Source of the DNA: Ylistrum balloti | Lineage: Eukaryota | NCBI RefSeq assembly: GCF_031769215.1 | Contig: NW_026781876.1 | Location: 1,054,001 to 1,118,000 of the forward strand | Length of the DNA stretch: 64,000 nucleotides | Reading direction: 5' to 3' | Shown here: positions 1 through 12,500 of the stretch, in pieces | How the letters are laid out: each line of letters opens with the position of its first letter | Numbering within the stretch: position 1 is the stretch's first letter | Notes under the pieces: generated by a model | The model's input: only the letters and a program-made list of their open reading frames with translations | What the model was told of the DNA's origin: nothing | Database searches by the model: none | Made by a program: the position numbers and the translations under genes

Positions 1-342
1 AAAAACAATATTCACAGTAAAATATATTAAAACAAACATGATATCCAGCAGCAGGTTCGGAATCAGGTCATATATAACAGTACCAATATACCTGTCATTT
101 TCTAGCATGATCATAATGAGGGGAAATGTAGATTCAAATTAGAGAACATCAGCTCGTTTTACTCATGGTGAATTTTAATTGGCTAAATGATATTGTGAAA
201 AGCTACAGTTTGAGACATTAAAGTAAAACAAATGAAATAAAGCAAAAATTTTCTTTTCGCTTCAAAAGTGAATGATGGGGGAGGGAGGTTGTTTGTAAAG
301 ATGTAGACAAGTACTGATACAGAAGGAAATGTTTAAAGTCAC

Positions 343-513
343 CAATGTCATTTTCAGGAAGAATCAGCATGCACTCCGTGTTTTTCTTAATCTCACCTCT
401 CTCGATCTGCTTGAGTTCGATAGTGGTAGCCTTAGGCCTTTCCATGGCTGAAACGAGCTCAACTGAGCGCATTTCAATTTTACGTCTGCGCTCAAGTTCA
501 ATTTCTAGTTCTC
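343..513 (-). CDS. Exon (GELEIELERRRKIEMRS...ENDI), last coding exon seen in the window
   Basis: tttcacag acceptor; donor G|GTGACT gives 171 nt, 1/1; donor uncertain. Confidence 0.75.
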
Positions 514-3500
514 CTGTGAAATGGGGAAGAAATGGGATTTGCAAAGATTAGAAAAAAAGCGTGACAAGAGCCAAATTACCTCCCTTTCATGACATGTTAA
601 TTAGCCCATTACCATCAAACCACACATGTGAGCAATTGTAATCATACCATTAGCAGGACACACTGTGCATAAAAAATACTCTTCTTTTTCACATTCAAAA
701 TTTCCTCTTTTTTTTATCTCTCTTTTTCTTGACGAATACAACGTATTATAATACATCAAATTTTAATTAAATGAAAATAATTAAACTTTTTCATCTTTGC
801 TTTTTCACTCCTTTATTTTTTGCCTTCATTTGACAATACTGATATATTTAATATTAAGCCATTCAGTTTTGAAAACAGAAGATTTTTTATCAATATATGT
901 AAATTGGTAAGCATTTTGAAATTCTTTCCACACTGTGTCCTAGCATAACAGCTCTAAATTCTACTAAAAGATTTACTACAGATTCCAAATTAAATGTTAA
1001 AACTTCCACCCTGACAGAAATAAGACAATCACATCTAAATCAACAAACCATGATGAAAAATGATTTCTAATGATTGAAATGAATTCTATGAATATTCAAA
1101 TTTAAGTAAATGAAATAATTAATTACAAAATTTTATAGTCAAGACTGAAAAAGATAAGAAATATTTAGTATGATACAAATACAAAGATTATGGATGAATG
1201 ATGAAAATTGCCAGAAGTTAGTGCAGAATTCCATATCACCTAAGAATTTTCTGTTTAAATAAGTTATACGATAAATCAAAACATGTTTAATTTATCTTGA
1301 ATCAAACACAGCAAAAATTGGGCAGGGACACGACTCATAAGTCTTGGGAACTCTGGAGTTAATGTGACCTTCAAAACGGATATTGCTGCAGGCAAGGTCA
1401 CAGAGGTCTTTTTTTGAGAATGACCTTCAAAATGTCACATGTGCTTTACGTCTTAAAAGATATTGTTGTGATAAAAATGATGTATCATTTTTGAGTTTTA
1501 TAAGGAAAGAAGATTGAAAAATAACACACCCCAAAGGTAAATCAAAGTAAACAAAGATCAGAATCCATTAATTCTGGCATCAGATGCCTAATACGTTCAG
1601 ATAAGAATTATCCTATTTTAGTCTGTGACAGAAGTCAGTACACAAGATGGTTCAGAGTTCAGAATCCTAGACCAGAAAAGTGATCTTCAAGAGGGCTGGG
1701 AACAACACACTAGTTGAGGTAATTTATCCTTTTTTTTGAGGTAGGAAGAGAAACACGCCAATTAAGACCAACTGTCAATCTCTTACCTGTGTAAACCTCA
1801 ACCACTTCCTCCTCATATTCTGTAAATTTCCAACAGTGATTTAATAGAGTTCAAAGGGCATTCACCAGAGGGGTCAAAGGGTCAAGAAGCATTCACAAGA
1901 GACATAAAAATACTACAACCTCATTTTATAGAAAATAGAAGAATTGCTTATTAATAAAATTAGGTTGCAGTTTTTTGTATAAAAATAATATTTGATGAAT
2001 ATCTCTTGAAAGCAACACATTCAATTACCGGGGATGGTGAATCAGCTCAAAGTCATACATAATCAGAAAATATATGGGTGTGTGTATGTAGGGCAACACT
2101 GCAAATGTACAGGAGAGAAAAGATCCTGTCACCGGGATAGTCAGAAACAGTTTGTATGACCTCTGCAATTAACATGAAGTCAGGGTCATAAGGATGCCTA
2201 AGGTAAATTGGATAGAAAATCTCACCACAGTGGTTGATAGAATTTAGTAGAATGAGAAGTGGCCTTTGAATTAATTCCAAAATAATTCCAGGGGGCTTAA
2301 TTGACTTTAATTATGTTGTCAGTGCGAAGGGAATGGAATGATGGGTAAAATGAATTGGAATATTTCTGCCTAGTTAAATCGGATACCAGGAAAAAAGGTA
2401 GTTTTCAATTATGAAAAACAATTTTTGGTTATTAGGTAAAAACTACTTAAAAACAAGTATTTTTTTTTATTTTCTGAAACAGATCTTTTGATCAAAGCAA
2501 TTCAGTTAGTAATTAATCAAGAAAATAATATTTTGTAACATAACGAATATTTCTATAATTTTTTAAAAGTAAAATCATGCATCAATAATTTATTGAGCAA
2601 GATTATGACAATCTTTTTAATGATATCTAACAAAACATCTGGTTATCTAATTTAGCAAAAGTTATATGTGTTAATTCTTCAATGATAAAAGTCTTTGTGA
2701 ATTTTTTCCTTTTCTACATCAATCAATTTAGTAACCAAATGAGTAGAAATTAATCTATAAATTCAACCAAGTGTTAAAGCATCAACTGACCAATACTACA
2801 AAGCAGTAAAATCAATCAGATATTTGCTTCATTTTAATTTTGTAAATAGAAGTATTTAAACACATGATGAATTGTAGTAAAATTAAGAAATCTTGCAGAA
2901 ATTTGATTAATGGATAATGGTGCGGGATGGACATGATGGTATCGTCGACATGTGCAGAGGTAGTAAGAGTTATTGGACTTGGTTCTAGGTAGCATGTCAC
3001 CAACTAACTTACCAACACTCTCTCCCTCTAGCTCCATCTCTGTAAAGTTAAGTTTGTTTTAACGTCCACCCAGGCATTGAACTTTAACATTTGAGGAGGG
3101 AACAATCGGGGGTGAAATCAATGGATGGTTATATAAATATTTATTGTGTCTCACAATTATCTCAAGAACATTCATGTTTTTTAAGCAAGAGAGACCATCG
3201 CCTTTACATCACCTTTCTGGAAACTAACTCAGATTTCCAAGAAATATATTCAAACTTTTTGCAGAATGTAATTCAAATACTCTCTGAGAAAATTTGGTAT
3301 GCATGTTCATGAAATACTGGAGATCTACAATATATATGTGCGGATACAAAATACAGTATATACAAGGAGTATAGAACATAGAAAGCTGTGCGTAATTTCT
3401 AAGCAGAAAAACAGACAAAAATTTTACATACATGTAAAGCATGTGTAATATAGAGGATACATGTAAATACAAAGCTTAGGAGTTAAGCTAAAGAGGAAGT

Positions 3501-6500
3501 CATTGTCGACCAAAAAATAAAACAAGGGAAGGAAGCCGAGCTTCAAATTTCTGCTGTATATTTCATCTTGTCGGGAAGAGGTAAGCTTTACTTCAGCCCG
3601 TACCTGTTGCAAAGAATACGACAAGCTTTAAAGATATTTACAATGTGATTAGAGTTATCTACCTTTGGGTGCTTGTCGTAGGTGTGACCTCCAGTCCTCT
3701 TTTGGCATCACATGTAATGTAGTACTGGCCTCGGCCTCACCCTCAGTGTTTTTGGCCACAACACGGATTTGTCCTGCATCATACTCTCGTACACGTGGAA
3801 TTTCAAGGTGGTGAATCATGCCATCGTAACGCAGTTTGAAACGTGTGCTCTGGAAGCCAGATATATTTAGGACATGTTAACTAGAACTTTTAGAAAAATG
3901 CTATATAAATACTTCCATACATGAGAACATCATATGTCAATCTGCTTAAACAATAATGCATTATCTTCAATAAGCTTGATGAGTGGGTGAATAGGGGTGG
4001 GTGGAGGGTGGTTAAAGGGGTCAACATCAGTATGTTTATAATTTCTCGACTCAAAGAAGAGTTTGTTTCTATATATAAGACAACAAAAAATCACTTTTTA
4101 GTATTCTCTGCTAATCAAATGTCATTTTATGGACACATACTACTAGCATAGTATGATGTCTGAACTGCTTTGTTTTTTACATTTTAATGTATTGTTCTGA
4201 GAACCGAACCTGTGGCAAATTAATTGTCAGAAGCAAATGAAACAAGAGGCCCATGGGCCTTAATGATCATCTGACATAAAAGATTTCAAATTTTGAACTT
4301 GAGAAGTCGAAAATGTGTTTTCAATATGGTGGCCATGACAGCCATGTTAGATTTCGGACCAACCCGAAATTAACAAACTTTGGTCAGGATCATGTCACGG
4401 TCATTTCAGGTAAGTTTCAACTCAATGACACATGTAGAACTTGAGAATAAGTTGGAAATGTTTACAACGGACGTCGTACGATTTCATAATTTACATTTCG
4501 TTAAAGTCAGAAATTACAAAAACTGGATTACATATCCACTATTTTTCTTGTTTAAGGATTCAAAGTAATTATTGCCATTATTAGTCACAAGCAGAATGAG
4601 TAAAATTTAAGCTTCCTCCACATTCAGTTTCCATTCAAATTACCAAACTGACCTTGAATGACCCAGAGTGACATGCGATATACTTACACCCATGATAACG
4701 GTTCCGTTGACCCACCAGTTGACACGGGGTCGTGGGTAACCGCTGACTTTGATCATGAACTTGGCGACCTCTCCTTCACCAGTTTCAACAGGTTCTGGTT
4801 TGAGATCAATTGAAGGTGGGAATCGCTCCCTCGGTTCATCAATAATTCTCTCTTCTAGGTACATGTTACTATAAAAAATCACTTTTAATGAGGTCGGTAG
4901 AATGTTTTAACAAAGAAATTATTACATGTATCTTGGTATATTTTCCATACAAAAATTCAAAGTATTTTACTATGGAAAATAGGAACTGGAATTTTTTAAA
5001 ACTTTAAAAACTTTAAATCAAATACAAAAAATAATCAGTCTGTTGCAGTCAATTAATGTAAAAAAAAAAGTGTTTTGTAAAATGAAAACAAATGAGACTT
5101 TTAAGAAATTTTTGAAATTATAATTAGCACAACTTTCAAAGAGGTAAATGTTAATGGCAGTGTTACCTTCTCCAGTATTCCTCCATCTCTTGAAGACGCA
5201 TGGCACCTTCTCCTGGAAGCTGTGTTTCCATGATGATGGACCGGCGTCCTGATAATAAAAACAGCATCATAATAAGCCTTATTTACATTTTACGCATCAC
5301 TTGATAATAACTAGACATTTTTCAGACGGAGTTTATGGTGGGGGTACATATTTTATTCAAAAATAAAATATTGATGTTTGAACATATTAAGTAAGACATT
5401 CTTACCTCTACATCGGAGAACAGCAGTTGTGGTTGCCTCCCCTTGAGAGTTGCGGGCAGTACAAGAGTATTCTCCAGAATCTTCGGGGTAGGTGTATAAA
5501 ATATCAAGGCAGACAAAGCCAAAATCATGCATGGGCTTGTAGCGATGACCTGGTTTGGAATAAAACAAGATTTTACATAAACTTAATAAAAAGTTTAAAA
5601 ATAAAGTATTTGTGATGATTAGCAGTCTGTCGTCATCACAGTTTTTTTTATATATTCTTCATACATGTATAGATATCCTGATGATTAGATAGATATTCTA
5701 TATATCATATAAAAATTCACATTTCAAAACAAATGTATTTTACATACAGTTATACAATACATTACCAGCTATTACAACTATGAGTGCATGAACCTGTATT
5801 TCTAATTTTCATTTGTCAAGTCTTGTTTAACAAGTCAAGTACAGTGAAGAAAAAAGGAGTTAAGTACAGTAGACAGTAGACAAAAGAGGAGTTAAGTACA
5901 GTAGACAAAAGAGGAGTTAATGGACCAATAATTTTATCAATCATGAAAATGATAATAGAACTCACCATGATGAAGTGGTTGTCCATCCTTAAACCACTCG
6001 ATCTCCATAGTAGGATCGCCAAGTGGAAGGAGCTTACACTCAAAGTGGGCGGAGTCATTCTCCTTCAGGCCCATCAGGTTCCTTATCTGTGTCTTGAACC
6101 AGGGTTTCTTGGGTTTATGTTTGTCATAGATGTCCTCTTGAGCAGGTGCTTCACCCTCGCGGCGGATGTACTCACGCACAGCGCTATCCTGATCTTCAAT
6201 TCTGTATAAATGGAAGAACTTATTTAATGTAAGATCATTTTAATTATCAAAGCACCTCTGTGACCTGAAGGAATGTAGTCAGTGTTTAGATGTTAGAAAA
6301 AAAGTAAAAAATTAATAATACAAATCACAAATCAAATGAAAAATATCAAAATAAAACTTTATAGTGCAAAAAATCACACGAAAGTGCAATACAATATATT
6401 TACATGATATATAACATCTTACTTATTACTTTATCACAGGCATTTTCTGCTGTGTTTGAAATTTCAGTGCTTATAAACATTGTACAATGTAGAATCTATA

Positions 6501-9500
6501 GGAAACCTGGTTCAAAAGAGGTAAATATTAGGACTGTAACAAAACATTAAAATGCAAAAGAAAAAGAATCACTCATGCAATTATATCATTAACAGTTTTC
6601 AACACATAAATGAACAAAACAAAATTAAGGAATATTTGAAATATCCAGTGTGGAAAAGCTTTCAAGGGAAATAACTCTTGAAATAAATCAGAGTAAAGAA
6701 TGACAATGTTTGTCAACTACAACCATTGCAGGGAGATAACTCTGAATAGAGTCAGAAGTAAGCATGGTTGCCCACAAAAAAAAAAAAATAACTGGGAGAC
6801 CACTCTGGAAAGATTTACAGTCTGCAATCAATATGGCTGTCTAAAACAACCATAAAAGGGAGATAACTCTTATAAGAGGTTAGTCTGGGAGTCAAACTGG
6901 TTGACAACATCTACAAAAGTGATAAAACTCTGGAAAGAAATCAAGATATTGAGGTAATTAAGGAACTGAAAAATGTCAAATTGGAAATAATGAATTTGAG
7001 GAGAAAATAAGAAGGTAAACGGATAAATAAATAAAGGAAGGAAACGTGACAAAAAACGGATTTTATTTCTATGCTTACAAAAAAAAAAAATTGTTTTCCC
7101 AGAAAAAATAATACATATATGTATATTTGTATTTTCAGATTCATTTTGAGGCTTTGAGGTTAGGGATGCATATCAAGGCTGCTGGCTTATAAAGGGAGAA
7201 GTAGAAAGTAGAGTTGACAGTTTGGGAGCTTTACACACTCCATGCCTTAGAGCGAACCTGACAAGAGACAACAAATCAGGGGCTCCCCCGATTACACCCA
7301 AATAATCCCTGTAGCAGAAATTCTCCGCGGCAAACACTCTGTGGAGGAAATCATATAACATTGTGTCAGCCACATTCAAAATCACTGAAAGCAAAGACAT
7401 AAATCATATTGACACTGGTTCTATACGACAAGAATATTGTACTAAGAACAGGTCAATTTGAAACATCTGTTATGTGTATACTGATAAAACAGAAATTTTT
7501 GATCGACCAGATCAAAGAAGAACAAATCTGTATTGATGTTGATATTTTTATCAGGTCATGAATTTTTTATACACAGCGTTTTATCATATATACAACTGCA
7601 AAAATAAAATCCTCTGTAAAGAAATCATCACGAAAAAGAAAACATACATGCTTATATATATATATATATGTACATCGTAGTTCATGCTGTAGACATGATG
7701 AAGCTATCACAGACAGTGTGTGTGAACATGGCGCAAGTCCACTGCAGGATATAAACTGATGAAACACAGAAAAGCAGTTAACTTTGTTGAGCATGACATT
7801 TGATGGGAAAAAAGGAATTTCAATCATTCAGGCACTTCTTCTATCAGATATAGTATCATTCCAAACTAAAGGTAATCGTGGGATCAGAGTGAAGACAGGT
7901 GTCGGAGTCTTATAGACATATCCTCTAGACAAAGGCAAGATTTCTGAAGCAATTTCAAACAACAGAGGTAGATACACAAAGTGACTATGATATACCTACA
8001 GGGGACATTCTGTGGTTAGGAAATTGATTGAAGTGAAAGTACAAGACTAGACAGGAATACTCATTAACCATCAACAAAGATTGAATATTTAGGATTGATA
8101 TAAAACATTCAGGTGTATATGGACAAGGTTGGTGTTTTTTTTATAAAAACATCACCAAGACATCAAAAGCATTCTGATTCAAATCAGATCTGCCTATTTT
8201 CACAAGGTGAAGTGAAGATTTCGGAACAAAGAGTGAATCTACTATCATTCTCTATAGGTGAAGATAACTCTAATCTCAGTGACGAAGGGAGGTAATTCAA
8301 ACCTCACATGCTATCTGGAGGTCTGCGCATAAAGCTAAGGACTCACAGAAGGAAATTTGATCACAAAGGGAGACAATTCAACATTCAGCAGCAACTGCAG
8401 TCAAGAGAGCTCTTCATACACAGAGGTAAGTATATCTAACCTATCCCATGTAGCTTCAATGGTTTCCTTGACTTTAATCACGTCCTTCCTCTCTGGTGAC
8501 CAGTATTCCCTGTCCTGGGACTCTCTGACAGTTGTGGCTGCCTTAGGAACTGTTGGAGCACGAACAGGTTCCCGCTGCCTAACTGGAGCGGGATCATGCA
8601 GTTGTTGTTCTTTAACCTCAATAATAAGTTTGTCCTTCGGCGGCTCAGACGTCTTGCGGACAATTCTAGCTGCTGGTACTGGTGGCTGCCCTCTACGCAG
8701 GACTGCCTGTTTGATTGTAATGGTAGCTTCCGACTTTTCTTTCTCAGAATCGGAGGGAACCATCACCATTTTTGTAAGTTCTAATGATGAGGAAGCCTCC
8801 TGTCCTTTAGGGACATAGAACTCCACTGGTGCAGGGGTTCCAGACACCGGTATATCAATTTGTGTTGCAACAGGGGACACCATTGGTGGTGATCTCCCTT
8901 GGGGCTTAGGGGACACTTTAGGGGCCACTTTCTCCTTTCTGTCACAAACAAAATCAATAGACAACACTGAATTAGCTCTGCCAAATTAGTGACCTACTGT
9001 ATTGTATTAAATATCACACTCCTACCTCCAAACCGTATCACCTAGTTCTACGATAATTGTTTATCAAGTGATCTATTTCTATATATATATTTTTTTTATC
9101 TCATTTTAATAAATTCATGTTTGCACCATATCTTTAACATTCATTTTTTTCCAGCAAAAGCTAACGAATCTATGTCAAAAATCTCAAAAGGTTTTGTTTT
9201 TTTTTTCCGTTCCTTTTGTAAGAAAAAAAAATGAATTTTGAAAGTGTGATATTTGAGAAAATCCTGAAATGAAGTGTCATTAATATTTGATCAGTGACCA
9301 ACATATAGACTTCTATACTAGACTAACAACTTTCATGCAATACAATATTTATCATAAAACAAAGTCGTTAACAATGAAACTAAAGGGCAGTTAACTCAAC
9401 ACTTAAAGAAGCAGAAATGAAAAAATATAGAAATGAAAATAAAGCTCATTTGAATGCAATAAAAAAAGTAGATTTTCTTGAGGGTGGAAACAAGAGAGAT

Positions 9501-12500
9501 TTCAAAGACAAGTGACAAACCTGTTAGATAGTATATAATAGTCCAACGATGGCTTAGAAAACCTATACATAAATTTTTTTGCACCTTGCAATTAAGTTAA
9601 GATTCCATTCTCAGTCACAACCTGCAGTTATTTTTCTAGATTTTAGATTTATCCATCAGCTATACAACATTTTTCTATTGCCCTATTCTATTGCTTTTTG
9701 TTTTCATATCACTTTCGTCCTCAATATTGTATAATATAAGGATATTGTCATTAATAATTCATAAAGAGGCTTCTGGGTTAAATAAAAGCAGTTTTAACAA
9801 TGCACACAAGCAGGCAGAAACCTATTCCGCACCTTGGCTCAAACATGGCAACTTTTGGTAGCTTTTGGACCTCTTGTGGCACAAAAGGTGGAGGTGCCAC
9901 TTGTGGTGGCGCAGGGGCCACTTGTGGTGGCTTAGGAGCCTGTTGTGGCACTACAGCAGGAGCTGGTGGTTGTTCCTTTGGTGGTGATGGTGTCTTAGAC
10001 TTCTTTTTCTTGCGTTGCTGCGGTGGTTTAACAGGTCTGATAGCAAGAGGAGAGAAAAGTTGTAGAGAAACAGTTTACAGGAATACAGTAGAAACACAGT
10101 AAATACAGCAGAAGTACAGAGATTTACAGTTTAGAGTTTAGAAAGACAATAGAGAATTCACTAATATTTCATACAGAAAAATTATTGTATTCTATCAATA
10201 TGAAATTACAATATCAAAAACAACATCATACAAAAACACATTTCTTAAACAAAAACAATACAATAAATCAGATAATATATTTAACAATTCTATAGATTGG
10301 AAAATAAATCTATTTGTAAATCATATCAAATCTGATAGCATGCTGTCTGTCATCTCATCATGCATGATGGGTATTTACACTTCAGAAATAGTAGGTGTTA
10401 GAAAATCTACTTAAATAAGAATCACAAAGAATTTTAATTTTAAAATATGGTGATTTTATAAACTGTAGACGGACCAAAATCAACCTTCTAAATTTCCAAA
10501 TGAGAAATATCACAATGAAATGTTGAAAGAAATCCAGAATTTACAAACAGATGGAAAAATTAACAAGGAAAAGCTCTCAAAACATACTGATGTAATCATC
10601 TTTGATGAGAAGGGAATTTTATCAAAACATAAAGGGAAGGGAGACAACTCCACATCAAAGTTTATAACCACCTGAACTGTTTGTACTTGGTCTGCAGTGA
10701 CGCGGGAAGCTGTGGTTCGTGTTTCGGTCTATCGTCATACCTAAGTATCAAAGTTAAAGACTAATGCACTGATCTTGCTACTCTAGGTTGAATCAACCAT
10801 GAACACTTGCCCAAAAATCAGTTATTTTTCCAAGTAATTATAATAAAAAAACTACTGGAAATCATCTCAATTTCAGCAACATTGCTGAAGCATTTCATTT
10901 CATAATAAATTCTGCTTCCAAAATAATAACCTAACATTTTAATTCACACAGGAGACATCAACTGAATTTCTATTCCAATTCTGTTGTATATTAGAAATGA
11001 GCGCTGAGTGTAGATGTTTAAAGAAGAAAATATTTCAACAACAGATATTTCACAATATATAAGATGATTTTCAGTACACTCTACATGAGATGCAGATGTA
11101 AGTCTGTTACATAATCTATTTATAGAATATAAGAACAAATCACATGATATCAAAATAAATAAAAGAGAAGTAATAGGTAACAAAATAACAATTTAAAAAT
11201 AAAAATTAACATTTATGAGTGAAATGGTTAAAAATTACCACAAAAGCTAAAATATGTTGGTAAAAAAAATCTTAAAAGCTTGAACATTTTTTCCGACTCT
11301 TTCAAACCAAGCATGATCAATTTAACCATTATGGAAACACGTATGAAATATATCTATTCTACCACACAAATTTAGATCAATTTTTTAAATGATTTTATAA
11401 AGATATATTATCAGTACAAGTGCTAGGTTTTTGAAGATCCAAAAGTTGTTAAGAGATTTAAGACATAACATATTGCTGATGTGGTAGGGCATCCAAAGCT
11501 ATAAAAATATCAATCATTTCTCACATCTACACATATTAATTCTTAATTAATTTCTAAAATGAAATTCTAATTTAATCATACTTTAAAATAATATAGGTAA
11601 CCACACTTCAAACATCACACAACCTAAAACTATTTCATAAAATTTAATTACTGAATATCATTCTGTATAACACATGTCTCCCATGTAGTAAAGCTAGTGT
11701 AATAACTACCGGTATGTATCTCGTTTAGTGACCAGTAAATCAATCAACAGTCAACATGCTTAGAGTATAATACACCCCTACCGGTCATATTCTTCCTCTG
11801 TGGATGACAGTACAGTCAGTGTCCTCGGTTTTGGCATTGGAAGGCGTGGTCTTTCCATAGACACAGATCTACAAGTGTCCAATCAGAATGTGCTTTACAT
11901 ATTTTATTAACCAAAGACACAGATCTTCAAGTGTCCAATTAGAATGTGCTTTACATATTGTATTAACCATAGACACAGATCTTCAAGTGTCCAATCAGAA
12001 GTGTCCAATCAGAAAGTGGTTTTAAGACTGAATTGACCAATTAAATCTCCTCTTGCAAATCATTACAGCGACTAAAAGATATCATCCAACATCTTTGCCT
12101 TCTTCCACTTTTCCATTTTTTTCAATTTTACAAAATTGACAAAAACAAAAAACTTAATTCCTCAAAACAAAACTGGGTCACGCTTTTATCATGGTGTCCT
12201 TCCAAACTTTGTTTTCAGCATCATATTTATTTGATGGCCCATGCAGATATTACTATACACACTCAGCCAAGATGGAATAGAGCATGCTTGGTAAATCTTT
12301 ATTCTCCAAGGAAACGTCATATTTTTCGGAAGAAAAAACAGGGGTATTTTGATAAAATATATCACCTTTTGGCATGCTTGTTAACAATGACTCATTTTTT
12401 TTTTCTTCTAAAAACAAATTTGATCTACACTGATCAAGTTGATGCTTCAAACATGCACATTGTTGAAAGCACATGTACAAATAGACTTCTTTTTACAAAT

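Noticed and set aside
2812-2990. Phase-1 ORF EPSPITLTTSAHVDDTIMSIP
   Set aside because: The acceptor is only about 25 nt from the 27-nt microexon donor and I found no donor. It could be an alternative exon but is unsupported.
3500-3603. Possible exon VRAEVKLTSSRQDEIYSR after 3663
   Set aside because: The required phase-1 entry gives an immediate TGA; no matching donor.
6850-6859. Perfect CArG CCATAAAAGG and scattered MEF2-like 10-mers (e.g. 56132)
   Set aside because: Expected by chance in AT-rich DNA; 6850 overlaps a repeat motif.
8357-8818. Plus-strand ORFs here and at 9800-10102, 20365-20595, 22693-23444, 42490-42933
   Set aside because: Antisense shadows of GC-rich minus-strand exons, with no independent domain signal.
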